The notes under the pieces were generated by a model. The model was not told where the DNA came from. It did not search any database and saw only the letters and a program-made list of their open reading frames with translations. Position numbers and translations under genes: made by a program. From IMG/VR virus record IMGVR_UViG_3300046460_000097: 64,000 nucleotides of DNA; one strand, 5' to 3'. Of the stretch, positions 56,601 to 64,000 are shown piece by piece; within the stretch, counting starts at the first letter, position 1; every line of letters starts with the position of its first letter. This DNA is from a virus (taxonomy: Duplodnaviria; Caudoviricetes).

Positions 56601-58807
56601 GGCACCAAGTCTTCTTCAACAATAGCAGGACGGTATTCGGGATTAGCGATGAAGTTGCTCATCGTGTTCCAGAACAGATCCATGTTGACATCATCGCGAC
56701 CGAACTCGTCAGTAGTGATCAGACCAGCTTCCTTCAAAGCGTCGTAGCTGCCGTTGCTTTTCAGCAGGTCCATCCGTTTGGTCATGTCAGGAACAATGTT
56801 CCCCAGACTACGGTTAGCATCCGCTACACCCACAACTTTTGCACGGGCCTTCTCGGTAGGCAACATGCCAGCCATGCCGATACGGTCGAGGTCAGTACCG
56901 TCCCTGAACTGGGTAATGTGGTCGTCGGTGATGTCGAACTCAGCCTTCATTGCACGGCGGATCTCGGCAGCAATCTTCGGAGAGGTGATTCCCTTCTCAT
57001 CCAAGTTCATGAAGCGATAAGGAACGAACGCCTTGTTCTGGTCAGCGTCCTTAATCAACTGGAGCGACAGAACCTTCTTGGCCTCAGGGCTCAAACCGCT
57101 GTTACCCGCGATGCTATCTGCAAGGTTGTTAGCTGCTTGGGCGGCTGGCGCGAACTGGTTGTGGTCCAACACCAAGTTAGTAGCACGGGCTACCTTCTGT
57201 TGATGGGTATTGAAACGGCTTCGGGTATAGTCGTAAGACCACGCCTTCATTCCGTCATCACCAGTACGGAACTTCTCGATCGACAAGTGAATCTGACTCA
57301 GCCATTGCGGCAGGATCTCGTTCAGTGTGCGGTCGCTGCGACGAGTCCACAGTTGCTGCTCGTGCATGTCCTCCAGTGTACGCCCTTCCAGCGAGTAGCG
57401 AGAACCGCTGCTGTTCCAGGTGTTGCTGTAAACGTGACCCAGTCCTTTGTTAGCTGTGCTCTTCAGGGTCTTGAGGATGTTCCACTCAATCTTGCTGATT
57501 GGCTTCTTACCGGCCGGCAGGGTTGCGAGGTATTCATCATAGTCCACGACTTCGTTGTATTCGAAGCCGCCGTTGTAGAACTCGGACAAGCTGTTGGCTA
57601 AGCCTTCAGCGTTACCCGTTGCATAGGACGCAACGTTACCCAAGTCTTCCAAACGTTTGTAAGCGTCTTCAGCCCACTTGGCAAAAGCAGGGAATTGCTT
57701 CTTGAACTTGCCGAGGTATTCTTGACCTTTGTTCGACTTGAACATACGCGGCAGGTTGTTGAGGAAGATCCCCGCTGCTGCGTTACCCAGCATGTCGCCC
57801 ATGTTGATAGGCGCGCCTTCGGTCATCTCAGAAGCCATGCGCAGACTGCTGGCTACGTCAGCAATACCACCTACCGCACCTTCGCGAGCATCCTTACCGA
57901 AACGCTCGTTAATGAAGTCAGAGATACCACCGAACTTGCTCTTGACCGTACTGAACACTTCATCACGCAAAGCTTTACGAACAGCCTGACTGTGAGAGGT
58001 CTTCTCGTAGTCGGACATCTTCGAGAACTTGCTGATGTCTTTCAATTCAGCGATGAGACGGTGCTGTGCAGCTTCCTGGAACTTGAAGTACTTAGCCTGA
58101 GTCAGGTAGGTACGAGTCGCCACGTTCAAATGCATGGCATCTGTACGAGCCTGCACACGACGCTGATGATCGAGCAACTGTTCCAACAACTGGTTACTGC
58201 GAACGACCGTACGGCTGATGGCGCCGATACCAGCGATCTGGCGACCACCAATCTCGTTCATCATGCCAATCGTACGATCGGCCACCATGGTCATCGTATC
58301 GCGTTCGAGCAGGGAGTTAGCGTCTTCGTTCTGAAGTTGTGCTGCTACCTCTTCCTGACTAACGTCGCCACCCATGGAGGGAGCATCAGGACCACTCGAA
58401 TAATCGCGCTTTTCCCAGTCACTGAAGTCGTGTTCTGAGAACTTATATAGCCCATCGGAGATTTTATTAGGGGTGCCTTTAGCTAACTTGTCCGCACCAC
58501 GTTTTGCCAGGTACTGGAGATCCTGTACAGTTTGATAACTGTCCCCTTTAATTTCCTCCATGACCTCTTTGCGACGATCATTGAGTTGCTGCACGTTACT
58601 GAAGGCACTCAGCCAGGTGTTAGGCAGTGCCATCTTGAGTGTGTTGATTTTGGCGTCAGTGTCGCCGACGGATTTGCTGACGATACCGGACAAGAAACCG
58701 GTAGTGAAGCTACGGATAAACCCTTTCTTAGGCTTATCGAAATCGTCATCAAAGTCTAGATCGCCACCGAAGGGATCATCATCCCATTTGAAATCATCAT
58801 CGGCCAT
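50690..58807 (-). CDS. Giant tail (tape-measure-like) protein with GH19 lysozyme and M15-type peptidase domains (phiKZ gp181-like)
   Basis: 2705 aa; ETGG..EN.KY, GDGWKYRGRGFVQLTGREKY (GH19); SKHAVGLALDF...GGHVHV (M15); head-to-head with RNAP beta'. Confidence 0.85.
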   Translation of the reverse strand: MADDDFKWDDDPFGGDLDFDDDFDKPKKGFIRSFTTGFLSGIVSKSVGDTDAKINTLKMALPNTWLSAFSNVQQLNDRRKEVMEEIKGDSYQTVQDLQYLAKRGADKLAKGTPNKISDGLYKFSEHDFSDWEKRDYSSGPDAPSMGGDVSQEEVAAQLQNEDANSLLERDTMTMVADRTIGMMNEIGGRQIAGIGAISRTVVRSNQLLEQLLDHQRRVQARTDAMHLNVATRTYLTQAKYFKFQEAAQHRLIAELKDISKFSKMSDYEKTSHSQAVRKALRDEVFSTVKSKFGGISDFINERFGKDAREGAVGGIADVASSLRMASEMTEGAPINMGDMLGNAAAGIFLNNLPRMFKSNKGQEYLGKFKKQFPAFAKWAEDAYKRLEDLGNVASYATGNAEGLANSLSEFYNGGFEYNEVVDYDEYLATLPAGKKPISKIEWNILKTLKSTANKGLGHVYSNTWNSSGSRYSLEGRTLEDMHEQQLWTRRSDRTLNEILPQWLSQIHLSIEKFRTGDDGMKAWSYDYTRSRFNTHQQKVARATNLVLDHNQFAPAAQAANNLADSIAGNSGLSPEAKKVLSLQLIKDADQNKAFVPYRFMNLDEKGITSPKIAAEIRRAMKAEFDITDDHITQFRDGTDLDRIGMAGMLPTEKARAKVVGVADANRSLGNIVPDMTKRMDLLKSNGSYDALKEAGLITTDEFGRDDVNMDLFWNTMSNFIANPEYRPAIVEEDLVPLRSRAFGGNHNPSLSPITDPKRASDDSQVGPDGIKVQGMDKLTESLGSIGDLKAAIAGLGQNHPMNQAMDMAPLSKGVSDLNERVAELITLAGTRNDILTRMLNNQPGKRESSQEEKEVNATKRGIIDRLRETNFKDMFNNGVDKLLDHEPLILGGLLGGLATMAFHNPKAAALIGGGAAAALAYGKIRSMANARAAEDSEDLYEEGADQPILEAWKLQRKDYYDATKSTIITSWKEISGSVWDNATKVFIGARRLAAKLFTKENKEVFLNGLSKVRDLAIKAFKFIDPFGRAIALKNKLVTRFYQMDVYKEGDESPILAGTKFALGEYWKRGEDGYAVQINGWNEIDGPVYDKDGQVLITQEDYDRGLKTSMGVSVNKLGEASRRFGKLSMDFMAKVKAKAAPHMAGAKDKVAGAFKADYSPIVNSVDRIYHLLLKHWGYAHEELAPPPPVESTAATAPVAPVTPSAVTPPVEATVASAPVPKPVAASKPTPPLVFRPKGLPTSPPEASAPTVVAPVVPPMPVTPPNEVPPEEIARREEEDRGFKNGPGTFREFSKLADQRAAGMGKGEGHEGLRLNSAADLALQAKEALATKRDESIINIAGALGAGGPGKEAKKKAGMGLFGLIGSGIAAITGGLFSVTSFLTKFFAKSWWKSLGRFSTIGIRTLPMIATGITAVAKGIFTLLKTRSLGEGMGDFTDTLRKKKRTKEEKAARSAERKTPGGRVMRGGKWLGAGMAVGMATDALASSGVIDEGGAIDKVAGFAGDAATAYGAYQTAAAVAGVVGVDLGAVAVTGAGMAWGGLTAGAGMLAPLLFNPYTLAALGIAAAGYGIYRYVTRGSGKQYEIRMAQYGISDPDSDLAKKILQIEEMLTDHVVIGNARASLSKSAPLDKVLQMFVTEPGNKKQMGDIYSWFNGRFKPVFLTYMACLDVVKIKNLKDYDDAKTQDVLKVAKQTHQTLAGVMPYPYSIVAKIDIDTPIMGEKITVIKVNNLLEELRVYIDRKTEGEDKGTVVTAMGAGALQAEKAKLEAQLADPRKAFANEEDPGGARLEAKKRLAAIDGQLQQLNTTYKVAPAVAQVFIKDMLPDDRPVDLLTGIRLACYGNDQDLLWRVEAVLKLERYCESLFVISGDKIEFKGLVGDIFGLFKESFRLDKGDADDWCLWFRDRFIPVMSSYISAMQAYRKGLPGAVWKTLSVTARYEIARKLIETQVEISGWFSNTSTSIWNVRASPFKDGTSPDKSAKVERMLNLLGEASVTAKMKDPEGEAGKTSTQAWANTISPHKTGGGFTEKQANTQTADQAKSTRDVALGGMYGTNTTRGAGTGNTYNQLGAYQTPENKYGYKPLTGSSDTSHLDLSGVRPADGGDDHGVKVPKNLAEQLIIREMLKQGFTDPRAIAEMLALTNYETGGYSKTVENMKYTSPENLVKTFKEVTNIDQARQLIQAGEVAIANTVYGGGKGQSLGNKAPGDGWKYRGRGFVQLTGREKYAKIGQQLGIDLENKPELASNDPNVMAAIAVNFYKNSKLLQSITQSGDFGTAATGLNGGNQLPGMPKRFALYTDYLKQLQSGSLKADEESAAGTNASASQTAGSMYGGGAPSGGGSSAGGGSAPMIGGNTPSMGAAPGGGLRNSSAYGTPPSMIAPGGNPDGGSYGGGGGEGTSLVGGGVGINNGGLRLKSSETIAGGPSHPAITRLASIIQSRVQNFKQFTALNDAYHRNKKPNSKHAVGLALDFTLTNGINGSDQAVGVVNEILRSAGMVPADFLIINEYRKASAGATGGHVHVGFKSKEAADKYAAAAGANQENGQDTLPGGTGAEPQAEAAPSGMPSAPPDTSTVATPEMIKAAAENAKQPLVNGNAVASIDGYTGLPLPNGGAPRAPQQQPMPEGYGKSPGAPKTYDQVTQPNQTPLPLPGPSYKESPVVEQQPVGEAVAAVMQPLGEQQNALLKAIHEQLLQINSNGKPTGPSVTV

Positions 58808-58833
58808 CTTTAACTCCTAAGGGAAAAATTGTA

Positions 58834-60453
58834 ATGAAACCCACGAACCTTACGTTACTGGACTTTAACAAGATTGTACCGGGTGTTTATAAACCCGTTA
58901 CGTCCACTGACGCGTTTGAAGGCATGACCCAGAACCTCAACGACGAGGGGCTGTATTCCATCGAGATCTTTGGTAAGTTGGGCAGCAAAGAGCGCGACGA
59001 AACCGAAGCGTACATTGATACCAAGTTGGATATTTTCAACCCGACGTACTTCGGGGCACTGGCTCAAGTTAAGGGTCTCTACCTCGGAATTCTCAAAGGG
59101 ACGGAATACGCGGTATGGGATCCGGAGACCAAGGATTTCATAAAATCCAACCTGCTGGAAGGCGAGACTGGGTTCAGTTTCTTTATTAAGCACTTTAACA
59201 AGTTGACACCGTCTACCACCGATTCCTATAAACGGAAACAACGGGTAGCCTTGATCAGCCGTTTCAAGCCAGTGGCGCTGGCGCCTAAGGTATTGGTGCC
59301 GCCTGCTGGCCTGCGCGACATCGAGTTCCAGCCTAACGGGGTTCCTGTTGAGCCTGAGATCACCGAACTCTACCGCAAGCTGTTGTTCCGTACTCGCGTA
59401 GTATCGTTGAGCAGCAACGGTGAAGATTCTGAGAACCCTCTGTACGATACTGTGCGTTGGGGTTTGCAGAACTCTTATAACGAAATCGACCAGTACATCT
59501 TCAGCCTGCTGGACGGCAAGGGAGGTCTGATGCAACGCCGGGTTTCTACTCGTGGCGTGGTGTCTGGTACCCGTAACGTTATTACCGCGCGTAAGGTCTC
59601 CAGACCGAATCTGTTCCAGACCAACGGGGTTGACCCTAACACGACCGACATCGGGCTGTATCAGGCTCTCCTGAACTTCCAGTACGTCTGTATCCATGCA
59701 CTCCTCACTCGCTACCTGGAAAACATCTTCACTCCGGGTTCACAAAGTGTGAAGTTGGTGAATACTAAAACGCTGGAGTATGAATATGTTGAGGTGGCAC
59801 CTGCTGTCGTCGAGAAATGGTCAACGGCTACGGGCCTGACCAAACTCTTCAACGGGTTCGGTAACAGCCGTCTGCGTTCCAAGCCTATTATGATCAGCGG
59901 CCACTATCTGGCACTGGTTTACGATGATGGCACTGACGTTTGTGTCCTCAACGACATCAACGACCTGCCAGAAGGTAAGGACAAGAAACTGGTTACTCCT
60001 ATCACGTATATGGAGTTGTTCTACCTGTCCTGTCACAAGACCATCATGGAACAAGTGACACAGCAGACTCGTTACCCCGTAATTGGTATCGGTTCGATTG
60101 TACCGGCTAAGGTTAACCTTCTGACTATTGAAGGCGCCAGCACTCGGAACATTCGTACCACTGATTGGGATATCAAGGAAACCTGCACTCGCTACCCGCA
60201 CAAGACTGACAGTCCTGATTACTTCGACGCCATGTCGGTTGACCCTACTCGTGAAGCCGGTTACGACTCCGACCACGACGGTGACCAACTGAACAGCAAC
60301 AGCGTCTGCGGTGAAGACAGCAAGGCCCAAGTACATGACCTGCTGGGCAAGCGCGAATACTACATCAGTGGTAGCGGTCGTTTCCTGTATGACCCTGTCA
60401 ACGAACCCATTTTGTTTATGCTGAAGGCCGCCACCAGCGGTATGGAGGAATAA
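58834..60453 (+). CDS. rpoC: Virion RNA polymerase beta' subunit, N-terminal/catalytic part (phiKZ gp180-like)
   Basis: EGLYSIEIFG, VLVPPAGLRD, GKGG..R, R.VI motifs; catalytic DxDGD as DSDHDGD. Confidence 0.9.
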   Translation: MKPTNLTLLDFNKIVPGVYKPVTSTDAFEGMTQNLNDEGLYSIEIFGKLGSKERDETEAYIDTKLDIFNPTYFGALAQVKGLYLGILKGTEYAVWDPETKDFIKSNLLEGETGFSFFIKHFNKLTPSTTDSYKRKQRVALISRFKPVALAPKVLVPPAGLRDIEFQPNGVPVEPEITELYRKLLFRTRVVSLSSNGEDSENPLYDTVRWGLQNSYNEIDQYIFSLLDGKGGLMQRRVSTRGVVSGTRNVITARKVSRPNLFQTNGVDPNTTDIGLYQALLNFQYVCIHALLTRYLENIFTPGSQSVKLVNTKTLEYEYVEVAPAVVEKWSTATGLTKLFNGFGNSRLRSKPIMISGHYLALVYDDGTDVCVLNDINDLPEGKDKKLVTPITYMELFYLSCHKTIMEQVTQQTRYPVIGIGSIVPAKVNLLTIEGASTRNIRTTDWDIKETCTRYPHKTDSPDYFDAMSVDPTREAGYDSDHDGDQLNSNSVCGEDSKAQVHDLLGKREYYISGSGRFLYDPVNEPILFMLKAATSGMEE

Positions 60454-60457
60454 CGGT

Positions 60458-63400
60458 ATGCAGCAACCTATTGAACTGAGAGGTTTCTTGCAGTCTGTAG
60501 CCGGGTTGGAGTGGTTAGACCAACCCTTGGGCGTTGCTTGCCCTCTGGCTGCTGTGACTGGCAGTGAAGCACTGGCTCAGTACGCAATGTTCTACAAAGC
60601 GTTTGTACAACGCAAGAAGCAAGAGTTGGTATCGCCTAACTTCATTGGCATCGGTGAGATCATTCTCCCACGGGCTTCGTTGGTTCATTACTTCCCGGCT
60701 AACCCTCTGGAAGTAGGTCCTACCACTTCTGAAGCATTCATCAGTAACTATCCTGATGATGTGTTCGTCGAGTTCCCTACACACTTCACTCCGGTAATTG
60801 GTAGTGGGCGTGCGGTGGCCATTGAAGTCCGTAAGGTTATCCAGGGATATCGTGCGAGTCATTACACGTATAACTGGACCAAGGACATCGGTACCGTTTA
60901 CAATAAAGACAAAGTGTTGATCGTCAAGACTTACGGTCTGATCGACAAGATGTGGGTTGCTCGTCCTTCGATGTTCATTAACTTCGAGCGACACTACAAC
61001 CGTTATTCGATGCTGATGGATAGCATCAACGCAGAAGCTGTTAAGGGTAAGCGTAAGCAGTTCTTCCGTATTGACCTGCCGTTGCACCTGCCTAGCTTCA
61101 GTGAACTGTTGATCGATTACGATCACTACATCGAAAGCTTTAAAGACGGCATTCCACATGCCAGTAACAAAACCGTTCGCTTGACCAAAGCAGAAAGCTC
61201 GTATTGGTTGATGGACTGGATGGCCTACCTCTTCGGGGATACCGAGTACAGCTTGTTCGGCAAGTTGACTCCTGAAGCCATCGACAGCATGCACCTGATC
61301 TTTGCTTTCAACAGTCGTTCCTTGGTGCTGCATCTGGGTACGCTGAAAGGCTGGTTGGACGAACTGCTGGAAAGCAAGTACGCACCAAAGGAAGGTAAAG
61401 GTCCCGAGAGTCATCGTGCAGGGCATCCAAAGCGTCTGAACGTGTCTAAGCGGGTTTACCTCGCATTGTTGAACCTCACTCGTGGTGGCATTAGTGAAGG
61501 AGAAGTTGTAAAGGAGGAGGAAAATGTCAGAGAAGGAGAAGAGGCCGAAGCGTCTGGCTCTGTGGCTGCAGCAGCGAAGGGATCTGAGAAAGGAAAAGGA
61601 CGAGCATCCAGCGAAGGAGGAGGGGGCAAAGTTTCTGGCAAGATTGACACTGCCCCAACTGTTTCTGGTGGTGGCTCTATCCTTGATGTTCTCGATCCTG
61701 TTCAAAGAGTGGACAGCGGAGATGCTGAAGGGACCGGACAAGAGGGAGACGCAAGCGATCCTGAGAGCGTTGAGGAATGGACATCCCATGTAGATGACAC
61801 TCTACTGGAACAAGAGTCCACTGTTACCGAAACCTCTACCGCCAAGGATCCGTTCCCTAAGCTGGAGAGTGGTATCTCCGCAGCTCTTGAAGAACGTGCA
61901 CGTGATGGCGTCCTGACGGTTGCTGAGCAACAGTTCTTCATGCGTAAGGGTACCCAAGTCTACAAGATCAAGATGGAGAACGGCCAGACGCTGGCTGAGT
62001 TCATTGAGATCGACGACAAGGAACTGAAGACCCTCAGCAGTGACGCCAAGATCGAAGGTAACTTCCCCACTATTCTCGATGAGAGTATGTTGGTGAGTCG
62101 TGCCAAGGTATTGAAGCAGGGCTATGTGGATAAGTTCCTCCACAAAGATACTGCTCGTATGGTTGTCAGTATTCAGAACGCTGGCTTTGCTCTCAACGAT
62201 TTCAAACACACCATTGTTTCCGGTGTTGAAGGTTCCTATGACGTCTATGGGTTCCAAGTTCATCATGTTGATGGCGAACAATCGACTCACCAGATCCGCA
62301 TGCCTCGCGTGGGCAAGGATGGTGCGTTCATGGTCGACGGCGTTAAGACCCACCTCCAACTGCAACGGATGGAGCTGGTGGTTCGCAAGATTGGTAAAGA
62401 CAAGGTTGCACTGACCACCCACTACGACCGTAAGCTGATGATCTCTCGCAGCAAGAAGGTAGTAGACGACCTAGGTCTGTGGATGGTCAAGCAAGTCCTC
62501 CTGAAGGCCTCTGTGGCTGCGAACGGGATTACCTTGAGCCGTGGTAGCGGTTACAACAAAGACTTGGTCAGTCCGCGTATCTACAGCCTCTTTGCCACCA
62601 AGTTCCAATGGATCGCCAAAGGTGACATTACCTTGGACTTCCGCATCGACAAGTTGCTGGAAGAGTACCCTCAGTTCAAGAAGTACACCAAGCAGGACAT
62701 GTTCCTTATTGGCGTGAAGGACAAGAAGCCGTTGACCATCGACAGTTACGGTAACCTGTACCTGGACGAGAAAGAGTTCAACACCATTGAAGGTCTGCTG
62801 GATATCCATGGCGCCAAGACTCCTAGCGAGTACGCCGTGATCAACATCAGCGGTTACCCGTTCCCGATGGGTGTTGTGCTCTGCTACTACTTTGGTATTG
62901 ATGAGCTGTTAAAGGTTATCAAAGCGGAAACTCGCTCGGTGCCTATGGGTACCCGTCCGAAGTTGGGGCCTGACGAATATTCCATCCAGTTTAACGACGA
63001 GTATCTGATCTTTAACCGTCGTGAGAAGCTGACCACCTTGATCTTCGGTGGCATGCCTAAGTTGACCAACATCAGTAACTTCAGTCGAAGTGACCTGAAC
63101 AACAAAGGCATTTGGGGTCCTTTGATGGGGGATCCGAAAGTCCGTCCACAACAGTTCTTGGAAATGAAGAACCTCTACGACATGTTCATCGACCCGATCT
63201 CCAAAGATCAGTTGAAGCGCATGGGGTACTCCACTTCCTTCCACCACCTGCTGATTGACGCTACGAAGCTGCTGGAGACCGATTACACTCGACACGGTGT
63301 AGAGATCGAGGAACAACGGGTCGTTGGCTACGAGCGCTTTGCGGGGCACATGTACCGTGAGCTGGTGAGCTCTGTTCGTAAGTTCCGCAGTAAGGGCAAG

Positions 63401-64000
63401 GGTCGTAAGCAGAAACTCGACATTAACCCTGAAGCGGTGATTGTGAACATCCTCAAGGACACCTCGGTGAACTTGGTAGAGGAAGTTAACCCGATTCACC
63501 AATGTAAGGATCAGGAAGAGCTGACCTTCGGTGGTACGGGTGGTCGTAGTGGTATCACCGTCGTTAAGCGTGACCGTGTTCAGTTGGACAGTTACCGGGG
63601 CATTGTGTCTGAGGCGAACAAGGACAGCGGGCAAGTAGGTTTCGTTACCTACCTGACTTCTGACCCTCGCATCGAAGACTACCGGGGCAACATCAACCTC
63701 AAGGAGAAACCTTCCTTGACGGGTATTAACTCGGTAACGGGTAACTTGGCTTTTGGTATGTCTAAGGACGACCCTAAGCGGGGGATGTTTACCAGCACAC
63801 AGGCTAGCCAAGCGGTCAGCGCACAGAACTACAGCCCGAACATCAGTCGTACCGGTTATGACAACATCATCGCACACCGTACTTCCGAGTTGTACAGTAA
63901 GGTGGCGAGCGATGACGGTAAGGTGACTCAGGTTACCGACGACATGCTGGAAGTGACGTATGCGGATGGGACTGTCGACAAATACCCTCTGGGTCTGGAG
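60458..64000 (+). CDS. rpoB: Virion RNA polymerase beta subunit, large N-terminal part (phiKZ gp178-like), runs off the right edge
   Basis: ATG 60458 after GGAGG; frame read open at the start, the 61.4-61.9 kb insert and the end; EVNPIH..KDQEELTFGGTGGR, YRGIVSEANKDSGQVG match RpoB. Confidence 0.9.
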   Translation, partial: MQQPIELRGFLQSVAGLEWLDQPLGVACPLAAVTGSEALAQYAMFYKAFVQRKKQELVSPNFIGIGEIILPRASLVHYFPANPLEVGPTTSEAFISNYPDDVFVEFPTHFTPVIGSGRAVAIEVRKVIQGYRASHYTYNWTKDIGTVYNKDKVLIVKTYGLIDKMWVARPSMFINFERHYNRYSMLMDSINAEAVKGKRKQFFRIDLPLHLPSFSELLIDYDHYIESFKDGIPHASNKTVRLTKAESSYWLMDWMAYLFGDTEYSLFGKLTPEAIDSMHLIFAFNSRSLVLHLGTLKGWLDELLESKYAPKEGKGPESHRAGHPKRLNVSKRVYLALLNLTRGGISEGEVVKEEENVREGEEAEASGSVAAAAKGSEKGKGRASSEGGGGKVSGKIDTAPTVSGGGSILDVLDPVQRVDSGDAEGTGQEGDASDPESVEEWTSHVDDTLLEQESTVTETSTAKDPFPKLESGISAALEERARDGVLTVAEQQFFMRKGTQVYKIKMENGQTLAEFIEIDDKELKTLSSDAKIEGNFPTILDESMLVSRAKVLKQGYVDKFLHKDTARMVVSIQNAGFALNDFKHTIVSGVEGSYDVYGFQVHHVDGEQSTHQIRMPRVGKDGAFMVDGVKTHLQLQRMELVVRKIGKDKVALTTHYDRKLMISRSKKVVDDLGLWMVKQVLLKASVAANGITLSRGSGYNKDLVSPRIYSLFATKFQWIAKGDITLDFRIDKLLEEYPQFKKYTKQDMFLIGVKDKKPLTIDSYGNLYLDEKEFNTIEGLLDIHGAKTPSEYAVINISGYPFPMGVVLCYYFGIDELLKVIKAETRSVPMGTRPKLGPDEYSIQFNDEYLIFNRREKLTTLIFGGMPKLTNISNFSRSDLNNKGIWGPLMGDPKVRPQQFLEMKNLYDMFIDPISKDQLKRMGYSTSFHHLLIDATKLLETDYTRHGVEIEEQRVVGYERFAGHMYRELVSSVRKFRSKGKGRKQKLDINPEAVIVNILKDTSVNLVEEVNPIHQCKDQEELTFGGTGGRSGITVVKRDRVQLDSYRGIVSEANKDSGQVGFVTYLTSDPRIEDYRGNINLKEKPSLTGINSVTGNLAFGMSKDDPKRGMFTSTQASQAVSAQNYSPNISRTGYDNIIAHRTSELYSKVASDDGKVTQVTDDMLEVTYADGTVDKYPLGLE
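61524..61793 (+). CDS. Candidate overprinted 89-aa single-TM membrane protein inside the RNAP beta gene (+1 frame)
   Basis: AAGGAGGAGG SD before ATG; TM LTLPQLFLVVALSLMFSILF; anomalous codon use in the host frame. Confidence 0.45.
   Translation: MSEKEKRPKRLALWLQQRRDLRKEKDEHPAKEEGAKFLARLTLPQLFLVVALSLMFSILFKEWTAEMLKGPDKRETQAILRALRNGHPM

Noticed and set aside
43648-64000. RNAP fragments as pseudogenes or intron-split genes
   Set aside because: Split beta/beta' subunits are the normal state in phiKZ-like phages; only 4 nt separate beta' and beta, leaving no room for an intron

Overview
64 kb of a phiKZ/EL-like jumbo phage genome (Chimalliviridae-type; probably a gamma-proteobacterial host, which is inference). 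Left part (1-17.7 kb, + strand): small accessory genes, a GNAT acetyltransferase and a phage GroEL-like chaperonin with no groES. Next, a minus-strand tail/adsorption cluster (17.7-31.3 kb): two Kelch propellers, five genes sharing a repeated domain, DUF1353-like and DUF4376-like genes and a 1458-aa collagen/foldon tail fibre. Then a second block of small + strand genes (31.4-34.5 kb) and an orphan class-3-type intein (34.6-35.4 kb). The right part is the conserved phiKZ-like core: virion proteins, RNase H-like and RecA-like genes, three subunits of the split virion RNA polymerase, and a 2705-aa tail protein with GH19 and M15-type lytic domains. Most notable: the host-less intein (9-aa and 3-aa exteins), a membrane-protein ORF overprinted in the RNAP beta gene, a protein with an exact EF-Tu P-loop decapeptide, and a modular tail-accessory array with a shared N-terminal peptide. 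No tRNA, rRNA, CRISPR array, integrase or transposase was recognised. Family calls come from motif recognition by eye; no database searches were run, and phiKZ gene-number equivalences are from memory.
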